Part shown: positions 17,322 to 29,300 of the stretch, piece after piece | Layout of the letters: the number at the start of each line of letters is the position of its first letter | Numbering within the stretch: position 1 is the stretch's first letter | DNA from: Gekko japonicus | Lineage: Eukaryota | Assembly: GCF_001447785.1 (NCBI RefSeq) | Contig: NW_015165236.1 | Location: forward strand, 1,837,294 to 1,901,293 | Direction of reading: 5' to 3' | DNA length: 64,000 nucleotides | The notes under the pieces: model-generated | Told to the model about the DNA's origin: nothing | The model's database searches: none | The model's input: the letters and a program-made list of their open reading frames with translations, nothing else | Position numbers and translations under genes: made by a program

Positions 17322-20300
17322 TGGGGGGGGGGGGGGGGGGGGGAGCCGTGAGGTCCAGAGGCCGTTTGGGGCAGGGAGGCCGGGGGGGAGGGGCTGAGGC
17401 ACAGGTTCGGGGGGGGGCAGCTTCCACAGTGGCTAAAGACGGGGCTGGGCCCTTGATACACCCCCCCCAGCAGCCCGAGGCGCGGATGGCAGAGGAGCCG
17501 AGGGAAACCCCTGCCACAGCAGCTGCCGCCCCCGCCACCCCTCCCAGCACCACCGAGGGTCCCTGCGCCCAGCCCCCTCCCAGCAGCCACACAGCCCACC
17601 TGGGTCGGCAGCCACCTGCCTCTTCTTGGAGTAGGCGACCACCTGGTTGTCGTCCATCAGCCGCACGTCCTGATCTTCAATGTGATTGCTGGGGGGGGGG
17701 GAGGGAAGAGAGCGTCAGGGCGTGTGGGGTCGGGATCCCCCGCCTCCCTTTCTCCGGCCCCCCTGCTGAGCACTGTGCGCCCTCCTCTGAGAGTGCTGAG
17801 GGGGAAGCCACAAGAGGGCAGGGAGAGGGGGGAGCACCGTGTCCCCAATGGCCTGGGCCCCCTCCAGGCAGCAGGTGGGAGGGACAGAGGGATGGAGGGG
17901 GTGGCTGAGCTGCTTTGGGACCCCTCCTCCCTGCCCTGCCCGAACCCTGTGGCAGGTGGCCGCCTTCCGTTGCCCCCTGCACATTTGGAGGATTCCAAAG
18001 GAGCACCTTGAACAGGGAGGACGTTGGGCTTAGGGAAGCCGTGAAGACCGATGGCTGAGGGGACCCCCCCCTCTCCTGCTGGCACCAAGCACACTAACGG
18101 CTTGACTGGCACCAAGGTGCTTGGGGCTAAGGGCCGCCTCCTCCTCCACCACCTCCACCACACACCAGTCAAATTCGATCTCTCCTTCTCCGTGGCGTTT
18201 CCCTCCTCTGCTCTCCCAGGCGGGAGTCCTGCGAGGGAAGCTCTGCCTCTTGCTAGGCCGGTATGCTGGCCGGAAGGGAGCCAGGCTTGGCCGAACGCCT
18301 GCCCCCCCCCCCGACCGGAGGTCTGGCTCGATGCGGGTGGAGAGAGGAAGAGAGGGGGGTGCTGCTGAGCCAGGCAAGAGGCCTCCGGGGCTGACGGTTC
18401 GAGGGAAGGGAATTCTTTGCTGCGGTCTGGCCAGGGCAGCCTGGCGTTCCGAGAGGAGGAGACCACCGGGCGTGCTCCGCCACGGCACCCCGGCTCCTGG
18501 AGGACAAGGAGAGCACGAGACGGGCTGCAGGCACACCTGAGGACGGCGTTCTTCTCTCGGCCGCAGATCTTCTCATCCTCCGTGAAGAGAATGGTGTGAT
18601 GCGGGACGACCGGCTCACAGGTTGGGAGGATGCCGTGGATGAGGTGGCTCACCCTATCCAGGATCCCGTTGTAGACAAGCAAGTCGTCCACCAGGAGCTG
18701 CACACAGAGGACAGAGGAGACGCCGGGGTGAGTGGCGGGAGGCCGGGGAGTCCCGGGAAGCGCCCCGAGGGGAGGCTGCCTGCGCCTTCGCGGCCAGACC
18801 GGCTGAGACACCCCCCCCGGCCCTCCCCCAAGTGACAAGCTACAAAACAGGTGCGCCCCGGGATGCGCGAGACCCAGAGGGACTACGGCGGTCACGCAAC
18901 CCGCCCGGCGAGGCCGAGCGCTTACTCCAAACTCTTTCACGCCTCTGTGCGGAGTCTTGGCATAATTCCACAGCTTGATCATGGAGACCGTCGTAGGAAG
19001 ATCGAAGATGACGTACACCCGATTCACCTGCCGCCAAAAAAGGAGAGTTAACAACAAACAGAATCACATCTGTGCCTCCGAAATTAACCCCCAAGTAATG
19101 TTTAATGGACGGGAAAGCATTACTCGGGCAGGAAGGAACAGAGCTGTACGGGGTGGGGGGTGGGGCGTTGTTTGCCCCGAGACCAACTCTCTGACGTGGG
19201 GCCTCTTTCTGCGGCCCCCGCCCCCAGCCTATGGCGGGCTCCTGCTCCGGACAGGAAAGCAGGGGGGGCAGGATTCTCTGAGCTCCCCCCCAAAAAACTA
19301 CAGAGAGATGTCTGTTGCCATTAGAAGACAGGGTGTGTGTCACCAGTCCCGCCCCAGAGGCGTCTGCAGGCACAAGGCGACCCTCAGCACGGATAGGCCA
19401 GAGGCGGAGGCAGGAAACACCAGAGAAGCGTACCAAGCCAGGAAGAATTGGCGCCAGCCACATGTGCCTCCCGTCGTTTGCGTCGTTCACCCCGTCAATG
19501 AGTTTGTCTGGGGTCCGGATGTCTTCACAGACGCCGTCCAGAATGTTCACGCTGTCTGGGAAAGCGGCAATGTCTGGAGCAGAGTGTCAAGCGTAACGTC
19601 TGAACGACGGCACCGAGCCCCAAAGCAGGCTGGTCTTCGAGGGTGGCGGAGGGTGGGGCACTCACACCCAGCCCCCCCCCCCCGACAGAAAGGCTTCCCT
19701 CCAGAGAGAGAGACCTTTTCCTCCGTCCGTGCTGGAGGAGGTCTTTGCAGGGGGACTAAGCCGGAGAGAGTCTTGGGATTCCAGGCAGAGCATTTCTAAG
19801 AGAGGCGGAGGGCTCCGGAGGCACCCCGCTCAGCACGACGACCACACAGAGGCCCAAGACTCACGATGTTCGTAAGTCAGAGCTCACTTCCTCAGATGCC
19901 ACAGGAAGGAAATAATTTTTGAGATTTTTGAAAGAAAAATCACGGGGGGGGGGGGGGTAGCGAGAGGCCTGGTGTCAACACAACAGGATTCCCTTCCTTT
20001 GCAACTCTAAAGAAGTGAACTCAGACTCACTGCTGGAATGAATGTTAGTCTTTAAGGTGCCTCCAGATCTCTGCTTTACTTTATCATGAAAGATGAACGT
20101 AATTTTTTTCAGTTTATGAAGGCACCCTAAAATCATATTAGTGTTTTTTGCAGCCGCACCACACTGCTGGCTTATGTCCAGCATGCAATCAACTGCAACC
20201 CTGAGATTCTTTTTGGGGGTGCTACTGCCAGTGCAGGCATTCTTCCTTCTGCTTCCCCCACCCCATAACTCCTTCTTTTTTCCTATACTTTTAAAATTTT

Positions 20301-23300
20301 TCTATCTTTCCTTTTTAAAAATCTAAGTGTTTTGTCACTGTCTAGTTCCATTTTGTTAGTCTCTGACTGACCTGACAACCTCTTAAAGTCACTCTGAATT
20401 GTATTTCTTCCTCTGGGCTGTTGACTGTCCCAGTTTGGTGTCCTCTGCACATTTGATAAGGACGCCCTCCAGCCATTCGTGGGGCCCACTGAGAGAAAGT
20501 GGCAGCAGCCCACGTGAGTCCTCCCCACAGACAGAGTGTCACTGACACACACTCTTTGGGGCCTGGGTCTCAGCCGGCCGGCTGTCAATCCTCCGGACAA
20601 CACTCCACTGTAGCCCACAGAAGATGGCCCCTGTGTGACAGAGTGTTGGACTAGATGGGCCACTGGCCTGATCCAACACTGGCTTCTCTTATGTTCTTAT
20701 GTTAAGAAGAAGGGGAAGAGGAGGAAGAGGAGTCTCAGAGCGGCTTACCATCTCCTTTCCCTTCCCCTCCCCACATAACAGGCACCCCCTGTGAGGCAGG
20801 TGGGGCTGAGAGAGCTCTTTTTCCAAGGACAGCTCTTGTCAGAACTAGGGCTTGCCCAAGGCCATCCAGCCAGGTGCAAGTGGAGGAGGAGGAGTGGGGA
20901 ATCAGACCCGGTTCTCCCAGATGAGAGTCCTCTGCGCACTCAACCACGACACCAGACTGCTCCATACTATATCCTGTGAGCCACGAGGCCTGACTTTGGC
21001 CAGTCCCTTCTGACTTCTACTAGCCACCCCGTTGTTTCCTGGGTGCTCCCGGACTGACTGCGGGTTTGTCTCTTCTGGTTTGCTCCCTGAGTGGTCTGTC
21101 ATTTCCTGGACCCTTTCCCTGTTCTGAAGACTGCACTTTTTTGCAACCAGCTGGTCTCCCCAGAGAGTCGTCCCCCCCCACGCAGCCCCTCCAGCCCAGC
21201 AGGCTTGGCTCTCTCTGAAAGCGGCTGGGGGCTCCCTGGGCCGCGGGCTCTCACTCCGCTCTCTTCCCCTCAGCATTCGCCTTGCTCTTCTGAGGCGGCA
21301 CGGGGGAGGATCCTCCTCCTCCTCCTCGTTGCCAGTTTGAAGCTCCCTGAGCAGCAGGCATCTTGTGGCCTTCCTCTCCCTCAGCACAGCTCCCTTTCTA
21401 CTGTCCTCGGCAGCGCCCCCCCCCCCCCCCGGGGGACACCCCCCCCCACTCCCCTCCTCGGCGTGTCTNNNNNNNNNNNNNNNNNNNNNNNNNNNNNNNN
21501 NNNNNNNNNNNNNNNNNNNNNCCCCCCCCCCCCAGCTCTTCATGGAGCCTCAACGGCTGTTTCAGGAGCAGCCCCGCTTTCCTTTTTCACCCCTCTGGGA
21601 TTCCTTCCTCTCACCCCACAGGATCCTTCCTGGCCTTGCTCTCTATGGAAACCGGCTTTCCTGACATTCAAGCTGCTCGTTGGCCTATGCCGACCTTTAA
21701 CCTTATACATCACAGTGGTAGGAACCAACAACTAGAAAGTGACACTGTGAGTAAAAGATGTCCAATTATCTAATGACAACAGTCTTTCAAAAATCTTTTT
21801 AAAAGATTCAAGTATTTTTATGAAAAATGTAAGTGTAATTTTATATTATAAATTAGCAAAGTAACACAACACCTATAAAAGAGAATGTCTCATTCATAAC
21901 ATTTGTAACATAGGGGTAAAATCCCAAACAAGCAGTCTGTTTCAATCACAAAAAATGTCAACAAGTTTCAAAGTCCGTGATATATATATCAAAGAAGTCC
22001 AGGGTGGTTTCCGGATATAATCAGTACACACATTTCGAGGTTCCTTTTTCAAGAAGATATATAATCCTATCCATTGGTTAGTTTCATAACATAACATTTA
22101 TCTTTGGGCATGTTTATTCAAAAGCCCTTCCATTACATTCCCCAAAAGAAAAGACCCGTGGGAGTAAATGGGCACCAAGCTTACAGTTTCTTAAACGGAA
22201 TGCCTCTCCAACATGAATCCAGCTTAAAAAAAAGGGGGGGGGGATTGATTATATCTGGAAACCACCCTGGACTTCTTTGACATAGGCTGCAGGACTTCTT
22301 TGATCTATATCACGGACTTTTGAACTTGTTGACATCTTTTGTGACTGAAATGGGCTATTTTAGACTATTGCTTGTTTGGGAAACCCCCCCCCCCCCCGGT
22401 GTTACAGGCAGCAGGCGGGCTCCCCTGGCAGGGACGTCGCCACCAATGTTCCCTCTAAGCTGAGTTAGTGTGAGCTAGCTCACAGTTTTTTAGCCTCCGG
22501 CTCACAAATTTCTGTCTTAGCTCAGGAAGGAGGGCTCCAGAGTAAACTAATTTATGCAGGAGCCAAACTGCTCGCTCACAACTTTAATGCCAGTTGCTCA
22601 CAAAGGAGAATTTTTGCTCAGAAAACAACGCAGCTTAGAGGGAATATTGGTCACCACCCCAGAAGGGCCCAGGGCGTTGGCAGGCAGCAGGCTCCGGCCC
22701 ACCTTTCACCCCTTGCCACAGCCTTCGGAGTTCCGTTACGCTGGAAAGGATACTGTTCTCACTGAGAGAAATCTTCTCTCCCCGTTCGTTATACAGCTCC
22801 AGTCCGTTCAGACCAATATAATACGGATCGCCCCAGCTCGTTAGAAGCTGGAACTGGAAGATGACTGGAGAAGGCCATTAAGGAAAGGAGAGTCATGTCG
22901 CGAGGGAGCCTCTAGGCGTGCTTGCTTGCTTCGCTAGAATGACAGGCAAAAATATATATCACTGTGTACAATAAATATACCTAAGGGATCGCCTCTTCCC
23001 ATATATGGCTCGGAGAGCCTTACGCTCTGAGAGTCAAGGATGTCCGCCTAGCCTCGGCCAGGGCCAGGGCTTTTTCCGCCCTGGTCCCCTCCCCACCTGG
23101 TGGAGCATGCTTGCTCCCTGTTGAGATCAGGGCCCCCCTGCGGGACCTTATGCAATTCCGCAGGGCTTGCAAGACGGAGCTCTTCCGCCAGGCCTTTGGC
23201 TGAGGCAGAGGGCGTCCACATAGCCCCCCCCCTGCGGTCTCCCACCCACTCATGACCGGCCATACTTAGTTACATTGATGGGCCGGATTCTCCCTATGGC

Positions 23301-26300
23301 AAGCATGACTATTGTCTTTATATGTTTTAATGCGTTTTAAATTTTATTGCATTTATTGAAATGCTGTGACCCGCCCTCAGCCCGTTTATGGGATGGGGAG
23401 GATATAAATGTGAAGAATAAATAAATAAATATATATGTTTATGGTAAAACAATTTTATGCTTTATTCTTTTTATATTTTTCCAATACTGTTGTCTAAATA
23501 TTGGTATCAAATATTACCAAATATATATTTCACCCAAACAATACATAGAGAAAAATACGTTTCATCCAAACAATACATCGAGTGCAGGTTTACAATCAGA
23601 GAGCACCTTGTCAGTAATAGTGTTACCGTCAAGGTGCTCTCTGATTGCAAACCAGCACTTGATGTATTGTTCGGCTGAAACATATTTTTCTCTATGTATT
23701 GTTTGGGTGAAATATATTTTTGGTAATATTTGAAACCAATATTTAGACAACAGTATTGAATAATTTAAAAAGAATAAAGCATAAAATTGTTTTGCCATAA
23801 ACACACATTTATTGTACACAGTGATATATATTTTTGTATGTCTTCCTAACACTGAGACCCTCAGTTTTTGTATTTGCTTCTCCAGAATGGGCAAAAAGTA
23901 GTGACCACAGGGGCGGGACACGCTGAGTCCCCTCCTACTAAGGGGCCTGCAAAGCACTCGGGAGGGGGGGGGACTGATCCACAGGGCAGGCAAGACCAAC
24001 GGGAGTCCCCAGTCTCAAAAGAGGGCTGGACCTCGGGGCGGAACCAGGAAGGCCCTTGGGAGAGTCGCTTTGCTCAACCCTGAGGACTGCTCTGGAAGGC
24101 CGAACGGAAAGCTGGGGACTTGGGGAGCCACGGCTGTGCTGGAGAAAAGGATACAGCCACAAGGCATTAAGGGAGCTTCATAGTCCATGCTCGCTTGTTC
24201 CGTCTTCTTCATTTCCAGTCTGCCGAGAAAAGGAGAAAATGCAGCCACAGTGCCCTGAAGCAGCCGCCCGTGGGCCTCTGTGTCCACCGAGAGAGACGGA
24301 CTTACCTCTCGCAGGCTGGAGCAGCGGGGAGGCCCTGCAGGTAGTCCACAAACAGGATCTCCTGAGCAAAGTCAAAGTGGCAGTTGCCGGGCCCTTTGCG
24401 GATGAGGAAGCCCTCTGGGGGGGAGATGCAAACGCCGTCCAGCGACACGTGGACCACCTTGGCCTGAGGAAGACGGCTCCCGGTGAGGAAACACGAGCAG
24501 CCTGGCTTGACTTTGCCCCTCTGGAGGACCCACCACAGGCCCCCGGCCGGATTCCTCCCTCCCCGCCAGCTTACCCCTCGGTACGTGTCCTCGGGAGACT
24601 TGTTATAGTTCCAGATGCGGAGCCCCGTGATGCTTTCCGCTTTGCAGAACTGGATGAGGAGCCGGTGGTCTTCGCCGAGGCTGAAGGGAATAAGCCACAT
24701 GTGGTCGTCTTCCATCGTGATGTTGATCCCGTCAATCAGCCTGGAAGAAAACCGCAAGCCTCTCTGAGGCGGCCTGACGGGGCTTTCGGCACCTCCGACT
24801 GAAGCGTGCCCTTTCAGACGGGGGTACGTGGAAGTTCCACGGGAAAACCCTCAAACAGGGTGAAACGCCTCTGGCCCTGAGAGGCCGGATCCCGCCATCC
24901 TGTCCCGAGTGGCACGGCTCATGTTCCCAGCACCCCCCCCCCCCCCCCACCCACAAGGGGCGGGCGTGTCGGACTCTGCTCAGCTGCCTCCGCTCCCCCC
25001 AGGTGCCTTCGCCTTGCCTTCCCTGCGTGGGCCTTGGTGCTGCAGCGTCTCACCTGCGCTCCAATCAGCAGGGGCTGGCAGGGAGAAGGAGGGGGCGGTG
25101 GCCAGAGGACGGCACATTTATTTCTGTATTTATACTTATACCCCGCCCACCCGGTAAGCAGGCTCTGGGCGGCTTACAAAGGACGGCAAAATATGCCGAT
25201 TTCACATAACCCATAAAACATTAAAACAGCATAAAACATACTTAATATATCAACCCTAAACATTAAAATGCTCGCCGTATTAAACAGTATTAAAGTGAAT
25301 GGCGTGCGTTTTCATTCCGGTCCTCTTCTGATCTTCAGGCCAGTCCTGTGGGCCAGATGTTGAATGGCACCCTTGGTAGTGGGCCAGCCCAGTATTCCCG
25401 AAGTACACATGGGATCGTGGGTGGCCACAGTGGCAGCGGCTCCTCCCTAGCTGAAAGCCGGGCGGAAGAGCTCCGTCTCGCAGGCCCTGCGGAACTGTGA
25501 AGGGTCCCGCGGGGCCCTGATCTCCTCCAGGAGCTCGTTCCGTTCCCAGGGGAAAGACCAGGCGTACAGAGGAAGGCCGTGGGGCTCCCCTGGTGACGGG
25601 CTCCTGCTCAGCCCAGAGGACTGCTGTGACCAGCAGGCGGGGAGGTACAGAGCGAGGCCGCCTTCTGGGCCACCGAGGCCCCGTGTGCTTTGCAAGAGAG
25701 GCCTGGGGCAGCCTGCTCGAGAGTCAGCCACTTCTCCCACTCTGGCCAGATTCAGCAAAAAAACGCTGCAGAGTGGATCATGGCAAGAGGGTCGGGAGTG
25801 ACCCCTTTATTTACGTGTGGCATTTCTAGCCTGCCCTCTCCTCCCACCCAAGACAAGGTAAACAAGGTGCCTTTCCAGAACGTCCGGGGCTGGAGCCAGC
25901 AGCCACGCCTGCTTTCTCAGACCCCCCCCCCCCGCCCCTCTCCAACGCGGACTCACTTGTCCAAGGTCCTGGAATCCTCCGAGTATTCTGCCAGGTCATT
26001 CAGATCTCGAGGGGAGGCCGAGAGCTGGTCCGGCGTCAAGGGCAGAGCCTGCCCTCCCTCCCCGGCCACCTCGAGCCCCGTCAGTCCGAGGTAATGCGAG
26101 TCTCCCCAGGAAGCTGTGAAGTTCAGCAGAAGGCCTAGAGCAGAGGCAGACAGTGGAGAGCATCAGCCGGCAGTGGACAGCGCTGCGGTTATTGTGCCCT
26201 CGCTCCGGGGGGGGGGCTTGGGCAGTCATCCCTGTGCAGGTGTGGACTGACTGGATAACAAAGCAGAACGGCCGTACCCAAGCGGCAGCAGGACAGAGCC

Positions 26301-29300
26301 GCCTCTGGAAGAGCCAGGGAGCTCTCCCCCCCAACCCCCCCGGGGCATTCCTCAGCAGCTCTCCTCCACCCCACCCGCCAGTCCTTTTGTGCCGCCGTCA
26401 CTGGAGCGAACTGGGAAGTTGAGTCTACGGTGTGTGAAGAAGCACTTCCTTCCCCATGTTCTGAATCAGCCGCCCAGCAATTTTAGCAGGGCAGCCCCAA
26501 TTTCAGGCGTTGGGCAGGATGCTGGAGAGTGCTGCCGGAAGCCGCAGCAGGGAGCTCGGGGGGGGGGGGGGGGGGACTTACACTTTCCGGTGTAGACTCC
26601 GGGATCCTTGGCCACCGTCTCTGGGATGGACTCTGGCACGGAGCTTGGCTCTTGGCTCTATAAAAAATGCCAGAAGGAGGAGGAGGAGGAGATTGGACCT
26701 TCACTACCCCATGGCCCTTCACTACCCAAAGGAGTCTCAGAGCGGCTCACAAGCTCCTTTTCCCTTCCCTTCCCCACAACAGGCACCCCCTGTGAGGCAG
26801 GTGGGGGCTGAGAGAGCTCTTTTGAGGACTGCCCTTTCAAGGACAGCTCTTATCAGAGCTAGGGCTTGCCCAAATTCATCCAGCAGGTGCAAGTGGAGGA
26901 GGAGTGGAGGAATCAAACCCGGTTCTCTCAGGTTAGAGTCCGCGCACTTCAACCACCACACCAGACTGGCTTCAAGGGAACACTGGGGGGGGGGGAACCT
27001 ATTCCCTCCGCACCGAGCCCTCCGGGGATGCTGCGCTGGTCTTGCATACACCCCTTCCTCTCAAGGCCAGAGGGAGCATCGCGGCCCACTCAGTCCAAAA
27101 GCAACGGGAGGAAGGAACCGGGTCCCCTAGGTGGCCGGGGGAGAGGGCCCTGAGCTGCCTTCTCTGAGGAGCACCGTTCCCCTCCCCCCCCCCTTCTGAG
27201 CTGCACTGAAACCCCCCTTTCGACAGCTTCCCGCTCAAGAGCCGCTGGTAGCGCCCTACCTGCTGGCATTCGGCCCTTGAGCCGGCTTGCGTGAAGGGCC
27301 TTTCATCCCCCTCCCCGTCGGCAGTCCCCGGCCTCTTCAGTTCCTCCTCGTACCGCAGGCTGCTCACGCTCTTGGCTTCCTCGGCGTAGGTCTCGTCGTA
27401 ACAGAATATGGCCTCCAAAATATCGTCATCAGTTGTGAACAAAATGGTGTCTCCAAATTGCTCTGGAGCTGAAATTGTCAACTCTATGGTGACGACACGT
27501 TCCAGTCCACAACGCCAAGCGCTAAGGTTCCCCCCACCCCTTACTCTGCAGGCGAGATTCCCGTGAGGAGGAGGAGGAGGAGGGGAGGATCACCTGGCCC
27601 CTGTGGGAGACCCAGAGCTCCACGCCTCCTCTTTCTCACACCTACTGGACACACACACACACTACAGCAGAGGACATGCAGACCTCTCTGGCAGAGAGAG
27701 AGAGACCGAGAGAGAGGTCAGGGGAAGACCCAGCTGTGGAAGAGGCCAGAGAGGCCAAGAAAGCAGCTAGAGAGGATGAGGAAAGGCCTCGCGGGTTTTG
27801 TGGAAGAGGGCAAGGCCCTTCTAGGCACGGCAAATAACCTTGCCCTAGCTGAAGGGGCAGGCCCCGCGGACAGATGCCCGCTGCTGTCCAGGTGGGGCAG
27901 AGGGGCAGGAAACCTCTGCCTGGGGAATCACTGAACACAAAGCCTTGGGAGAATTCACTTCCAAGGAGAATCTTGTCTATTCTCGGGCCAAGATAGCAGG
28001 CCAAACTGTCTCAAGTGGCAAAGGGCCCTCTGCTGGCCAGGGGGGGGGGACGACACACGGGGCAGCCACCTCCTCCCACCTGCTTTGCTAAGCCGACTGT
28101 GGCAAACCAAGAAGAAGGGAAGGAAGGAAGGAAGGTCCTGCACACCTCCAGAGAGGGCCCCTGAAGCCTTGGCGATTTCCCCCTTGAAGATACACTGCTC
28201 GTCGAGAAGCATGGCGATGTCCTTGACGCCCCGGAAGGAGTGGATGCGAGACTTGTTGTAGTTCCAGAGGCGGATCATGGCCACCGCACAAGGCTCCACA
28301 AAGTCCAGGCAGAGGTGGTGGGACTTGCCGGGGGTGAAGGGGGCCAGCCAGAGGTGCATGTCGTCCTGAGTCCTGTTCACCCCGTCCAGCAGGTTGGCCG
28401 CCACCCGGGGGTCTTGGCCGTAGGCTGGCAAGACGTTGATGTCCGGCGGGTCGGCTCTGATCCTGGCCACCTGAATGGGCTGCCCTTCAGAGCTGAACAG
28501 CTCGATCCCGTTAAGGCCCACGTAGTGACGGTCTCCCCAGGTCGACTGGATGTCGATTCTCAGGCACCGCCCGTAAGGCAAGACCGGGATCCGGAACTCG
28601 CTCCCCTCCTCCAGCTCCGGGCACTTTTCTCCTGGCAGCGCCGGCGCTGGCACAAGGGCGGCACCGGGATCCTTCGCCCTCAGGGGGTTCTCTCCTTGCC
28701 GGCTGATCTTCTGCTGATGGAGGAATTCGTCCAGGATGTCGCCCTGGAAGTCCATGTTCGAGAGCCGGCCGCGGTGAGAGTGATTGAACCTCAGGAGGGA
28801 ATTCCACGACTCCTGCAGCGCGTGCTCCTGGGCACTGCTCCACTTGGCTCGAGAGGCCCTCCTCGCGCCCTTGGAGGAGGAGGAGGAGGAGGAGGAGGAG
28901 GAGGAGGGAGGCGTCTCTGAAAGGGAAGGCAGGCAGGGTCAGCCACCGGGACTTGCTTCGCTTGTCCGCTCATGACGCTGCCTGACCCTGAATCACACCA
29001 TGGGTCCCTCCCTGGAGGCCAGTCTGGTCTCCTCAGACTGGCAGCGGCTCTCCAGGGTCTCAGGTGGAGGCCTTCCCCATCACCTCCTGCCTGGTCCTTT
29101 TTAACTGGAGACGCTGCCGGGGACTGAACCGAGGACCTTCTGCATGCCAAGCAGAGGCTCTACCACTGAGCCACGGCCCCTCTTTACAGCTCTCCAGGGT
29201 CTCAAGGCGGAGGCCTTTCCCAACACCTGCTGCCTGGTCCTTTTTAACTGGAGATGCAACCAGGGACTGAACCGGGGACCTCCTGCATGCCAAAAAGAGG

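Larger units (their letters stand above)
19574..22753 (-). other. U12-type GT-AG intron of KATNIP
   Basis: 5' splice site GTATCCTTTC; branch-like GCTTGAC ~12 nt before the AG. Confidence 0.82.

Noticed and set aside
23457-23999. Mirror-image ORFs on both strands (also at 53882-54396 and 44108-44493)
   Set aside because: A by-product of palindromic DNA, not coding sequence.
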